A stretch of DNA of 64,000 nucleotides, taken from Candidatus Borkfalkia faecipullorum (GTDB lineage Bacteria > Bacillota > Clostridia > Christensenellales > Borkfalkiaceae). This document shows, one piece after another, positions 34,659 through 43,173 of this stretch. A model generated the notes under the pieces. The model was not told the DNA's origin. It did no database searches and worked only from the letters and a program-made list of their open reading frames with translations. The stretch lies in assembly GCA_019114245.1 (NCBI GenBank), contig DXFX01000071.1, positions 1,681 to 65,680 on the forward strand, given 5' to 3'. The position numbers were made by a program, and so were the translations under genes. Each line of letters opens with the position of its first letter. Position 1 is the first letter of the stretch.

Positions 34659-36005
34659 ATGTTCAGTAAAATTTTAATTGCAAACCGCGGCGAGATCGCC
34701 GTCAGGATCATCCGCGCCTGCAACGAAATGGGGATCCGCACCGTGGCGGTGTATTCGGAGGCGGACGCGCAGGCTCTGCACGTCAATCTTGCGGACGAAA
34801 GCTATTGCATCGGCCCCGCCCTCTTAAAGGACAGCTATCTCAACATGACGGCGCTCATCGACGTCGCCATTGCCACGGGCTGCCAGGCGATCCACCCCGG
34901 TTACGGGCTTCTGAGCGAAAATCCGCGCTTTGCGGAGCTCTGCGAAAAGTGCAACGTCAAATTCATCGGGCCGCACTATTCGGTCATTGCCAAGATGGGC
35001 GACAAGGACGAGGCGCGCCGCACCATGAAAAAGGCGGGCGTACCCGTCGTTCCCGGGCTGGATGAGATCACGGACATCGCTGAAGCAAAGAAGTTTGCTT
35101 CGCAGATCGGTTACCCCGTCATCGTCAAGGCCGCCGCAGGCGGCGGCGGAAGGGGCATCCGCATCGTCTGGAAGGAAGAGGACTTTGAAAACGCCGTCCG
35201 CACCGCTTCCGCGGAGGCGGAAAGCGCCTTCGGCAACGGAAAATGCTATCTGGAAAAGTATCTCACCGACGTCAAGCACGTGGAAATGCAGATCGTGGCG
35301 GACAACCAGGGCAACGTCGTGTGCCTGGGCGAGCGCGACTGCTCCATGCAGAGGAAAAATCAGAAGCTCATTGAAGAGAGTCCCTGCGTCACCCTCCGCC
35401 CCGAAGTGCGCGAAAAGATGATGCAGGCGGCAGTCCTCGCCGCAAAGACGGTCAATTATACCAGCCTCGGTACCATCGAGTTTTTGCTGGATAAGCAAAA
35501 CAATTTCTATTTCATGGAAATGAACACCCGTCTGCAGGTGGAACACCCCGTCACGGAATACGTCACGGGCATCGACATCGTCAAGTGGCAGATCCGCATC
35601 GCGGCGGGCATCGAATTTTTGTATAAGCAGGAGGACATCCGTTTCCGCGGCTGCGCCATCGAGTGCCGCATCAACGCGGAGGACGTTCGCAACAATTTCC
35701 GCCCCTGCTGCGGTCAGATCAAGTTCATGCACATTCCGGGCGGGCCGTGGGTACGCTTCGATACCGCCATCTACCAGGATTACGTCATCCCGCCGTATTA
35801 CGACAGCATGATCGGCAAACTCATCGTGTACGCGAGAGAGCGCACGGAAGCCATCCGCAAAATGAAGGCGGCGCTGTGCGAGCTGGTCATCGACGGCGTT
35901 CACACCAACGCGGAGCTTTCCGCAGACATTCTGGCACAGCCGGAATTCAAGGACGGCAGCTACTGCACAAACTTCCTCGAAAAGTTTTTAAAGAATTATA
36001 AGTAA
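34659..36005 (+). CDS. accC: Biotin carboxylase
   Basis: KILIANRGEIAVRIIRA, ATP-grasp GGGGRGIR, EMNTRLQVEHPVTE. Confidence 0.95.
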   Translation: MFSKILIANRGEIAVRIIRACNEMGIRTVAVYSEADAQALHVNLADESYCIGPALLKDSYLNMTALIDVAIATGCQAIHPGYGLLSENPRFAELCEKCNVKFIGPHYSVIAKMGDKDEARRTMKKAGVPVVPGLDEITDIAEAKKFASQIGYPVIVKAAAGGGGRGIRIVWKEEDFENAVRTASAEAESAFGNGKCYLEKYLTDVKHVEMQIVADNQGNVVCLGERDCSMQRKNQKLIEESPCVTLRPEVREKMMQAAVLAAKTVNYTSLGTIEFLLDKQNNFYFMEMNTRLQVEHPVTEYVTGIDIVKWQIRIAAGIEFLYKQEDIRFRGCAIECRINAEDVRNNFRPCCGQIKFMHIPGGPWVRFDTAIYQDYVIPPYYDSMIGKLIVYARERTEAIRKMKAALCELVIDGVHTNAELSADILAQPEFKDGSYCTNFLEKFLKNYK

Positions 36006-36043
36006 GGCAGGGGAACCTCCTGCACAGTGAGGAGCATAGAAAA

Positions 36044-36937
36044 GTGAATTTTGAGGATTTAAAAAAGTTCTTTTTCAGAAAACCCAAAAACGCCTTGGAA
36101 GGAACGGACGAAAATGCCCCCGCGCCCGAAAACAAGCCCGCGCAGGACGCGCAGATCCCCGATCAGCTTGCGGAAAAATGCGAAAAGTGCGGCAAGATCA
36201 TTCTTTCGGACGAGATGAAGGAAAATTTCGGCGTCTGTCCCAAGTGCGGCCATTATAAAAAACTCAGCGCGCGCGACCGCATCGCCATGTGCGCGGAAAA
36301 TTTCACCGAACTGTTTGCCGACGTCATAGGCGAAAACGTGCTCGGCTTTCCGGGGTATGACGAAAAGCTCGCCTCCCTGCGCGCCAAGACGGGCGAACAG
36401 GACGGCGTCGTCTGCGGGGAAGGGGAGATCGGCGGCGTTCGCTGTGCCCTTTTCTCCATGGATTACCGCTTTATGATGGGCAGTATGGGCCATACCGTCG
36501 GGGAAAAGATCACAAAGACGTTCGAGTACGCCACAGAACATTGCCTGCCCGTCGTGGGGTTTGTCCTCAGCGGCGGCGCGCGTATGCAGGAGGGGATCAT
36601 CTCCCTCATGCAGATGGCAAAGACGTCCGCCGCGGTCGCAAAGCACAGCGAAGCGGGATTGCTGTATATTTCCGTACTGACCGATCCCACCACGGGCGGC
36701 GTGTCCGCGTCCTTTGCGTTTGAGGCGGACATCATCATGGCGGAAAAGGGGGCGCTCATCGGCTTTGCGGGGCCGCGCGTCATCGAACAGACAATGCGCC
36801 AGAAACTTCCCGAAGGGTTCCAGCGGGCAGAATTTCTGGAGAAAAAAGGCTTTGCCGATCTCATTGTGGAGCGCCGTGAAATGAAGGAAAAACTTGCCGC
36901 GCTCCTGAAATTCCATGCAACGGAGATGGCGCAATGA
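36044..36937 (+). CDS. accD: Acetyl-CoA carboxylase carboxyltransferase beta subunit
   Basis: Zn ribbon CEKCG..CPKCGHY. GTG start. Confidence 0.88.
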   Translation: MNFEDLKKFFFRKPKNALEGTDENAPAPENKPAQDAQIPDQLAEKCEKCGKIILSDEMKENFGVCPKCGHYKKLSARDRIAMCAENFTELFADVIGENVLGFPGYDEKLASLRAKTGEQDGVVCGEGEIGGVRCALFSMDYRFMMGSMGHTVGEKITKTFEYATEHCLPVVGFVLSGGARMQEGIISLMQMAKTSAAVAKHSEAGLLYISVLTDPTTGGVSASFAFEADIIMAEKGALIGFAGPRVIEQTMRQKLPEGFQRAEFLEKKGFADLIVERREMKEKLAALLKFHATEMAQ

Positions 36938-37698
36938 ACGCATACGAAATCGTTTTGAAGAGCCGCGAAAAGGGCAGACCCACCGCGGTGAAATATATTG
37001 AAAAGCTCACGGAAAGCTTTATCGAACTGCACGGCGACCGCCGCTTTTCGGACGATTCTGCCGTCATCGGCGGGATCGGCACCATCGGCGGAAAGCCTGT
37101 CACCGTCATCGGCATCGAAAAGGGAGCGGACACTGCGGACAAGATCGCGCACAATTTCGGCTGCGCACATCCCGAAGGATACAGAAAGGCGGTCAGACTG
37201 ATGAAGGAGGCGGAAAAATTCCACCGCCCCGTCCTCTGCCTCGTGGATACGTCGGGCGCCTATTGCGGCATCGGCGCGGAAGAGCGCGGGCAGAGCGAGG
37301 CCATCGCCTCATCCATTCTGGATATGATCCGTTTAAAAACGCCCACGCTTTCCATCATCATCGGGGAGGGCGGCAGCGGCGGCGCGCTGGGGCTTTCCGC
37401 GGCGGACGAAGTGTGGATCACGGAAACGTCCACCTATTCGGTCATTTCCCCCGAGGGCTGCGCCTCCATTTTGTGGAAGGACGCGCAGAAAGTGGCGGAG
37501 GCTTCCGCCTGCCTCAAACTCACGGCGGCCGATCTTTACGAGCTGCACGCCGTCGAACGCGTGCTCGAAGAGAGAAATTTTTCCGACGAGTTTTTCTCGA
37601 CTCTGAAAGAAAGCGTGTCCGCATTCTTCGCACAGAAGAGAGAGATCCCGCCCGAACAGCTTGTTCAGCAGCGTTACGAGCGGTTCCGTAAGTTCTGA
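36934..37698 (+). CDS. accA: Acetyl-CoA carboxylase carboxyltransferase alpha subunit (short, 254 aa)
   Basis: GYRKAVRLMKEAEKFHRPVLCLVDTSGAYCGIGAEERGQSEAIA. ATGA overlap with accD. Confidence 0.88.
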   Translation: MNAYEIVLKSREKGRPTAVKYIEKLTESFIELHGDRRFSDDSAVIGGIGTIGGKPVTVIGIEKGADTADKIAHNFGCAHPEGYRKAVRLMKEAEKFHRPVLCLVDTSGAYCGIGAEERGQSEAIASSILDMIRLKTPTLSIIIGEGGSGGALGLSAADEVWITETSTYSVISPEGCASILWKDAQKVAEASACLKLTAADLYELHAVERVLEERNFSDEFFSTLKESVSAFFAQKREIPPEQLVQQRYERFRKF

Positions 37699-37779
37699 AA
37701 AAAGGGCAACGTACCCTTGATTTTTTGACAAAGAGAGAAAATTTTTGCGCCTATTCAGGTCGCGATCCAGGAGGAGAGA

Positions 37780-38595
37780 ATGATTGCCATTGTCACCGAT
37801 TCGTCCGTCGGCTATTCCCAGGAAGAAATATCCAGCCGCGGCGTTCTGAGCGTCGTACCCCTCAATTACCAGCTCGGCCCCAATTTTTACGAAGAGTATC
37901 CTTCGGGCAGAAACGGCAATTATATGCAGATGATGCAGCAGGTCAGCCCGTGCAAGACGGCGCAGCCCGCGCTCAACAACTTTATCCGTACTTTCTCCGC
38001 CCTTGTCGGGCGCGGTTACGATGTCATTTGCATCGTCCTTTCGTCCGCGCTTTCGGGGACGTATTCTTCCGCGTGCTTTGCGGCGGACCAGGTGGGCGGC
38101 AACATCCGCGTGGTCGATTCCATGACCATCGGCGCAGGGATGCACCTGCTCGTGGATGAAGCGGTCAACATGGTCAAGTGCGGGCTCAGCGCGGAGGAGA
38201 TCGTGGGGCATCTGGACAGATTAAAGCAGAAAATCGGCATTGTCTTTACGGTGGAATCGCTCGACCGCCTCGTGTTCGGCGGCAGAATGATGAGCCCGAA
38301 AGCCAAAACCACGCTCAATCTGCGCCCCGTGTTCACGCTCAAGGGCAAGATCTTTTTCAAAAACAATGCGCGCGGCGCGCGCGAACGGCTGGAAGAGATG
38401 GTCTCTCTCGTTCCGGAAAATACGCGCAGGCTCATCGTCTGCCGCTGCGGCGAGGAAACGGACGTCTCCGAGTTTACTCAGATGCTCAAAGAAAAGCTCC
38501 CCGCGGTGCACATTCATCAGCGCGTGGTGGGGCCCGTGCTCAGCATCCATGTGGATGCGGGCGCGTTCGGCGCGGCGTACGTTCTCAAAGACTGA
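37780..38595 (+). CDS. DegV-family fatty-acid-binding protein
   Basis: IAIVTDSS N-terminus, SSALSGTY motif, 271 aa. Confidence 0.85.
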   Translation: MIAIVTDSSVGYSQEEISSRGVLSVVPLNYQLGPNFYEEYPSGRNGNYMQMMQQVSPCKTAQPALNNFIRTFSALVGRGYDVICIVLSSALSGTYSSACFAADQVGGNIRVVDSMTIGAGMHLLVDEAVNMVKCGLSAEEIVGHLDRLKQKIGIVFTVESLDRLVFGGRMMSPKAKTTLNLRPVFTLKGKIFFKNNARGARERLEEMVSLVPENTRRLIVCRCGEETDVSEFTQMLKEKLPAVHIHQRVVGPVLSIHVDAGAFGAAYVLKD

Positions 38596-38600
38596 AATGT

Positions 38601-38628
38601 GGGGCGGAAAAATTTTCCGCCCCGTTTT
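38601..38628 (+). terminator. Rho-independent terminator
   Basis: ggggcgga/tccgcccc stem followed by gtttt. Confidence 0.8.
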
Positions 38629-38725
38629 GCTGTACGCGTTGCGGCGGCGCGCCGATTTAGCGCTCTGCCGTTTGTCTTTAAAAACGGGATGCGTTTGTAA
38701 AATTTGAGGACAAAGGGGAGGAAAA

Positions 38726-39610
38726 ATGCAACCGAAAATGCTGTATATGCGCAAAACGCCCCTTTCCAGCGGAGCGATCCTGTTTTTGCTTTCCGCAGGG
38801 TTCGTACTCTTTCCCACGCAGTGGCTGGGAGATCTTCTGACGCAGGACGAACTCCTCGCGCAGATGCTGGGACTGGGGATTTTGCGCATCGTCATGGCCG
38901 CGATCATGCTCGTGCTCGCCCTGCAGATGGGCATTCGCGGCGTTTGGGCGCCCGCAAAACTGCCGTATTTGCTGTTTGCCCTGCCCGCGCTGGCCGTCGC
39001 CGTCAACAACCTTCCCGTCGTGGCGCTTTGCCGCGGCACAGCGGGCGTCACGGGCGGCGGGGAATACGTCGCCGCTTTCGCTTTGCAATGTCTCGGCGTG
39101 GGACTGTTCGAGGAAGTCGCTTTCCGCGGCGTCATCTTTCCCTTTGCGCTGGGGGTGACGGGTACGGAAAAGAAGGGCAGGTTCGCCGCCGTTCTCCTTT
39201 CCTCCGCGGCGTTCGGATTGCTGCATCTCGTCAACCTGCTGGGCGGATTTTCGGGCGGCGTCTTTTTGCAGGTGGGGTATTCCTTCCTCATCGGCTGTAT
39301 GCTGTCCGTGTGCGTCTTTTGCGGCAGCGGCGTGTTCGCCTGCGCACTTGTGCACGCGGTGTACAATTTTTGCGGAAATCTCATTTACTCGGTCGGAAAT
39401 TTCGGGTTCGGCGCGTTCAAAGACGTGTGGTGCGCGGAAGAGATCGTGCTCACCGCGCTGGTTTCTCTGGCGGCGATCGCGTATTTTGCACTGATTTTGT
39501 GGAAAAAGAGTCCTGCGCAGGCGGACTTGTTTGCCGTTGTTCCGCCTGAAAGCGACAAAAAGGAGGAAGAAAATGCTGACGAGAGAGCCGACGGAGCAGA
39601 TGATCGCTGA
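38726..39610 (+). CDS. CPBP-family intramembrane glutamic endopeptidase (CAAX/Abi-like)
   Basis: EEVAFRG, FGLLHLVN and HAVYNF motifs in a polytopic protein. Confidence 0.8.
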   Translation: MQPKMLYMRKTPLSSGAILFLLSAGFVLFPTQWLGDLLTQDELLAQMLGLGILRIVMAAIMLVLALQMGIRGVWAPAKLPYLLFALPALAVAVNNLPVVALCRGTAGVTGGGEYVAAFALQCLGVGLFEEVAFRGVIFPFALGVTGTEKKGRFAAVLLSSAAFGLLHLVNLLGGFSGGVFLQVGYSFLIGCMLSVCVFCGSGVFACALVHAVYNFCGNLIYSVGNFGFGAFKDVWCAEEIVLTALVSLAAIAYFALILWKKSPAQADLFAVVPPESDKKEEENADERADGADDR

Positions 39611-39722
39611 ATGGAAGCGTGCTTTTAAAGAGAACAGGGGAAAACTTTCCCCCGGATTGGATGAAAGGGATCTGGAAAATTATTTCCTCGTGTCGGAGTA
39701 TATACGGCTGAAAAAGAAATAA
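39573..39722 (+). CDS. Small hypothetical protein (49 aa) overlapping the CPBP 3' end
   Basis: ATG 7 nt downstream of AAAGGAGGAAG. Product is MLTREPTEQMIAEWKRAFKENRGKLSPG.. Confidence 0.35.
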   Translation: MLTREPTEQMIAEWKRAFKENRGKLSPGLDERDLENYFLVSEYIRLKKK

Positions 39723-39814
39723 CTCGCGACGGCGTCGCGGATGGCAGAATGACATAGGTCTGCGCTCCGTGCGACCGTTTTGATGAAAGGACAGGAAACG
39801 GGCGGATGAAATCC

Positions 39815-39843
39815 GCATAAATCGCCAAAATGCGACATACAAT
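39815..39843 (+). promoter_or_regulatory. Sigma-E-type sporulation promoter (GCATAAA-14-CATACAAT)
   Basis: Matches the B. subtilis sigma-E pattern xHATAxx-14-CATACAxT. Lies 40 nt upstream of spoIIID. Confidence 0.55.
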
Positions 39844-39882
39844 ATACCACTTGTGTAGAAAACGCAAAAGGGGTAGAATTGT

Positions 39883-40131
39883 ATGTGGGAATATATGGAA
39901 AGGCGGGCGCGGGCGAGTGCGGAATACATTTTGCAGACGGGCGCCACGGTGCGGGCGTGTGCGGAGCATTTCGGAACGAGCAAATCCACCGTACATAAGG
40001 ACGTTACGGAACGTTTGCGGGAAGTGGATCTTGCCCTGTGGGAAAGCGTGCGCGCCGTGCTTGAAAAAAATCTTGCCGAACGGCACATCCGCGGCGGCAA
40101 CGCCACGCGGGAAAAATATCTGCACAAATAA
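39883..40131 (+). CDS. spoIIID: Sporulation transcriptional regulator SpoIIID
   Basis: TVRACAEHFGTSKSTVHKDVTERL..RHIRGGNATREKY aligns along its full length with SpoIIID. Confidence 0.9.
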   Translation: MWEYMERRARASAEYILQTGATVRACAEHFGTSKSTVHKDVTERLREVDLALWESVRAVLEKNLAERHIRGGNATREKYLHK

Positions 40132-40180
40132 AAAGCGCGCGGCGCTCCCTCTTCTTTGCAGGGGAGCGCCGCGCGCTTTT
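40131..40180. terminator. Long GC hairpin flanked by A- and T-runs (bidirectional terminator)
   Basis: aaaagcgcgcggcgctccc/ggggagcgccgcgcgctttt. Confidence 0.85.
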
Positions 40181-40242
40181 GCAAAAAGAAATGCCCGCGG
40201 TGCCGTCCGCGGGTAAGTTCTTTTTATGCAGTAAAAGGCGGT

Positions 40243-40509
40243 TTAAAGTTTCTGTTCGCGCGTTTCGCGGTTTTTGTACGCGACAACGGCCTGTGCCAGC
40301 TGATCGGGGCAGGAGGTGTTGTTTCTGCACTTGATCCCGCGCAGAATGCTTTCCACCTCGTCCAGGGTCTTGCCTTCCACAAGTTTGGAAATTCCCTGCA
40401 GGTTTCCGCTGCAGCCGCCGATAAATTTTACGTTGTGGATCTTGTTTTCTGCGTCCACGTCAAAGATGATCTGGCGGGAGCAGGTTCCTTTTGTGTTGTA
40501 AGTGTACAT
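40243..40509 (-). CDS. TSCPD-domain protein (TIGR03905-like 4-Cys family)
   Basis: GTCSRQI..FIGGCSGNLQGISKLVEGKTLDEV..GIKCRNNTSCPDQLA. Confidence 0.75.
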   Translation of the reverse strand: MYTYNTKGTCSRQIIFDVDAENKIHNVKFIGGCSGNLQGISKLVEGKTLDEVESILRGIKCRNNTSCPDQLAQAVVAYKNRETREQKL

Positions 40510-40566
40510 TGTTTTATTACCTCATTCGGGGAAAAGAGAATCATATCGACAGAATGCGCAAAGCGT

Positions 40567-41091
40567 TCAGTCTACAAGATTTTCATAGATCACTGCGTAT
40601 ACGTCCGCAGCTTTCAGTTCCCATTTTTTATAAATATTCTGTGCGGTTTTTCTGTCCGGCACAACAAATTTGAGTTCCAGCATGGGCTGGGCAGGGGCGA
40701 GGATGCGCAGAAACACCGTATAGGTGCCGTCCTTGTTCTGGTAGTAATCGGACTTGCATTCCTGCCTGTTCCTGTACCTTGCGCTGTTGTTTTTGACAAA
40801 GACGGAAATTTCCTCTCTGGTGCTCTTGGGAATGTTTATGTAGAAATTGGCGAGGCAGCTTCTTCCGTCGGGAGTGATGGTGTACAGGGTATCGTCGTTG
40901 GTTTCCACCGTGCAGATAAAGCCGTCCTCCAGAAGCTGGGAAATGATCATCATGCAATCCATGTAATTGATCCAGTCGTTGCTGGTGGAACACATATCGA
41001 TGATCGTCCGTTCGGAAAGGGCGCTCTCCATTTTGTCAAAGACGAACAGTAATATTAATTTGTTAACAAACATATCGCCTTGGATCTGCAT
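40567..41091 (-). CDS. DUF4364-like protein
   Basis: LILLFVFDKMESALSERTIIDM..YMDCMMIISQLLEDGFI resembles the DUF4364 family of Clostridia (recalled from memory). The true start may be internal (MFVNK). Confidence 0.5.
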   Translation of the reverse strand: MQIQGDMFVNKLILLFVFDKMESALSERTIIDMCSTSNDWINYMDCMMIISQLLEDGFICTVETNDDTLYTITPDGRSCLANFYINIPKSTREEISVFVKNNSARYRNRQECKSDYYQNKDGTYTVFLRILAPAQPMLELKFVVPDRKTAQNIYKKWELKAADVYAVIYENLVD

Positions 41092-41131
41092 GGGGGGATT
41101 CCTTTGATATAGTATTTTTCCACGGACAAAA

Positions 41132-41158
41132 AATCCGCTTTTTTCATGAAAAAGCGGA
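41132..41158. terminator. Palindromic hairpin flanked by A- and T-runs
   Basis: atccgcttttt-catg-aaaaagcggat. Confidence 0.7.
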
Positions 41159-41198
41159 TGATTTTGTCGCCTGTGTATAACTTATGAAATTGTGCGCG

Positions 41199-41423
41199 TC
41201 AAGCAAATTTTTTCAGCGCTTCGACGAGGTCGTCGCAGTTGTCGGAGTGGATCTCGACGACGAGCGGTTTGGAGAGGTCGAGGCTGAAAATACCGAGGAT
41301 GGACTTCGCGTCGACGACGTATTTATCGCTCTTCAGGTCGATCTCATAAGGATAATCCTGCACGATTTTGACGAACTCTTTCACGTTCTGTGCCATTTGC
41401 AGAGAAATTTTTATGGATTTCAT
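41199..41423 (-). CDS. HPr-fold family protein lacking the His15 phosphorylation site
   Basis: 74 aa. VDAKSILGIFSL aligns to the HPr segment NLKSIMGVMSL, while the GIHARPA region is replaced by QMAQNVKE. GGAGG RBS. Confidence 0.6.
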   Translation of the reverse strand: MKSIKISLQMAQNVKEFVKIVQDYPYEIDLKSDKYVVDAKSILGIFSLDLSKPLVVEIHSDNCDDLVEALKKFA

Positions 41424-41498
41424 AAAGGCCTCCGAATTTTGTTTTTCTATATTATACATAAATTTTTCGGGAAAAGCAAGATATTTGCGAAAATTAAC

Positions 41499-41527
41499 TT
41501 AAACTTTTCTGAAATTTGTGCTATAAT
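41499..41527 (+). promoter_or_regulatory. Extended -10 promoter (TGcTATAAT) with a weak -35 TTAAAC
   Basis: Read directly, upstream of the 41578 gene. Confidence 0.5.
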
Positions 41528-41577
41528 GATATTCGAGCAAGGCAAGTTGTCAAATCTGCACAGAAAAAGGAGGGAAT

Positions 41578-42303
41578 ATGGATACGAGCAGGGAACAGAT
41601 CGCGCTTTTTTTGCGCCGCTGTGACGAACTGATGCAGTCGAAGTATATCATAGCGGACACCAAGATCGGCGAATTGCTGCAATCGATCGCGATGTCCGAT
41701 CTTCTGTACGCGTTTTTCCGCGACGCCACGGCGCATTTCGATTATGCGGGCGCAAAGCGCAAGTATATGAACTTCGCGCCCTACGGCGACGCGCAGAAAA
41801 AACTCCTTTTCCCCGAAGATCCCGTAGAACGACTGGCGTTTGTGTTCTGCCTTTTCATGGAATTTGACAACAAGACGATGGATCTGGGCTGGTTTTTACA
41901 GGAATATTTTTACGAGGACGGCAGCTTTTACGAAAGTTTTTACGCGTTTTGCAACCAGGTGGTAAAGCCGTTCAGGAACGCCGTCAAGGTGATGTTTGAC
42001 GAGCCGCCGCGCGGCCGTCCCGCCCGCAACCCTGCGCCGCAGGCCGCCGTGCCGCAGGAAAAGCTCCCGTTTACGCCGCAGTGCATCGAAGAGGAAAAGA
42101 AGCTTGTCTACTCTTCCGCGCTTGCGCCGGCGGACAAAGTGGATGCGCTGCTTCTGCTCAATGCTCTCGCCGCGGCGAAAACCGTCCCGCTGCGCTGCGC
42201 GCTTTTAAGCGGGTACGACCGCTTTGCCCGCACCTGCGGCAGGAACAACCCTTATGTTGCCGCCATGCGCGCCGAGCTTGCACGGTTGAAGGAGAATTTA
42301 TGA
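41578..42303 (+). CDS. Hypothetical protein (241 aa)
   Basis: GGAGG RBS and ATGA coupling to the downstream Nudix gene. No family recognised. Confidence 0.6.
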   Translation: MDTSREQIALFLRRCDELMQSKYIIADTKIGELLQSIAMSDLLYAFFRDATAHFDYAGAKRKYMNFAPYGDAQKKLLFPEDPVERLAFVFCLFMEFDNKTMDLGWFLQEYFYEDGSFYESFYAFCNQVVKPFRNAVKVMFDEPPRGRPARNPAPQAAVPQEKLPFTPQCIEEEKKLVYSSALAPADKVDALLLLNALAAAKTVPLRCALLSGYDRFARTCGRNNPYVAAMRAELARLKENL

Positions 42304-42839
42304 ATCTGCAAGAAAAGACAGTGAAAAAAAATTACGTGTACCGCGGCAAGATCGTCAACCTCCGCGTGGACGATGCGCTGTTGCCGGACGGAAAACCCTG
42401 TAAGCGCGAGATGATCGAGCATCCGGGCGGCGCCTGCGTCCTGTTTGTCAGGGAGGGGAAAATTCTTCTGGTCAGGCAGTTCCGTTATGCGTACGGGGAA
42501 GAGCTTTTGGAGATCCCCGCGGGCAAACTCAATCCCGGCGAAGATCCCGCAGTGACCGCCGCGCGCGAGCTGGAAGAGGAAACGGGGTACATTCCCGAAA
42601 AGGTGAATCTGCTGTACACCATGTATCCCACGCCCGGCTACACCAACGAAAAAATTTACATTTACGAGGCGGAAGGCGCCCGCGCGGGAAAGGAACATCC
42701 CGACGAGGACGAGTTTATCACCAGCTCCTTTTATCCCGCCGACGAAGTGTGCAGGATGATAGAAAGGGGAGAGATCCGCGACGCAAAGACCATCATCGCG
42801 GTACAGCATTACCTCCTGAAAGGGAAAGGTTTGCTGTAA
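42300..42839 (+). CDS. Nudix hydrolase, ADP-ribose pyrophosphatase-like
   Basis: Nudix box GKLNPGEDPAVTAARELEEETG. The N-terminus YRGKIVNLRVD is typical of NudF. Confidence 0.85.
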   Translation: MNLQEKTVKKNYVYRGKIVNLRVDDALLPDGKPCKREMIEHPGGACVLFVREGKILLVRQFRYAYGEELLEIPAGKLNPGEDPAVTAARELEEETGYIPEKVNLLYTMYPTPGYTNEKIYIYEAEGARAGKEHPDEDEFITSSFYPADEVCRMIERGEIRDAKTIIAVQHYLLKGKGLL

Positions 42840-42869
42840 AAAAAGGGGTACGTGTTATAAAAATAAGGA

Positions 42870-42936
42870 CAAGCCGCCCCAAAAAAGCGGCTTGGCGAAA
42901 AAAAAGGGCGCCTGCGGCAGAATGCCGCAGGCGCCC
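42870..42936. terminator. Two hairpins between convergent genes
   Basis: caagccgc/gcggcttg, and gggcgcctgcggc/gccgcaggcgccc with an A8 run upstream (a T-run on the - strand). Confidence 0.8.
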
Positions 42937-42969
42937 CGTTTTGCAGGGACAAAGAAAAGGGCAGGCGGA

Positions 42970-43173
42970 TTACTTGCAGCCGCAGCCGCAACCGCTGAAC
43001 AGGTTGTACAGTCCGCCCTTTTTGCACACGCAGTAAGCGATCGCAAGGATGATGGGGAGCCAGCAGCTGTCGAGAATGTTGTTGAGGATTCCCGTCTGCG
43101 AGCAACACAGGACGAGCAGAAGAATCAGGATCCACAGGCAGCCGTTCCCGCCAAGGCTTTCAAAACAGTTCAT
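42970..43173 (-). CDS. Tiny Cys-rich hydrophobic peptide (67 aa) ending in GCGCGCK
   Basis: MNCFESLGGNGCLWILILLLVLCC..AIAYCVCKKGGLYNLFSGCGCGCK. Has its own terminator on the - strand. Confidence 0.55.
   Translation of the reverse strand: MNCFESLGGNGCLWILILLLVLCCSQTGILNNILDSCWLPIILAIAYCVCKKGGLYNLFSGCGCGCK

Noticed and set aside
38704-39549. 281-aa Arg-rich ORF in an alternative frame of the CPBP gene
   Set aside because: Out-of-frame shadow. The CPBP frame has the EExxxR, FxxxH and HxxxN motifs.
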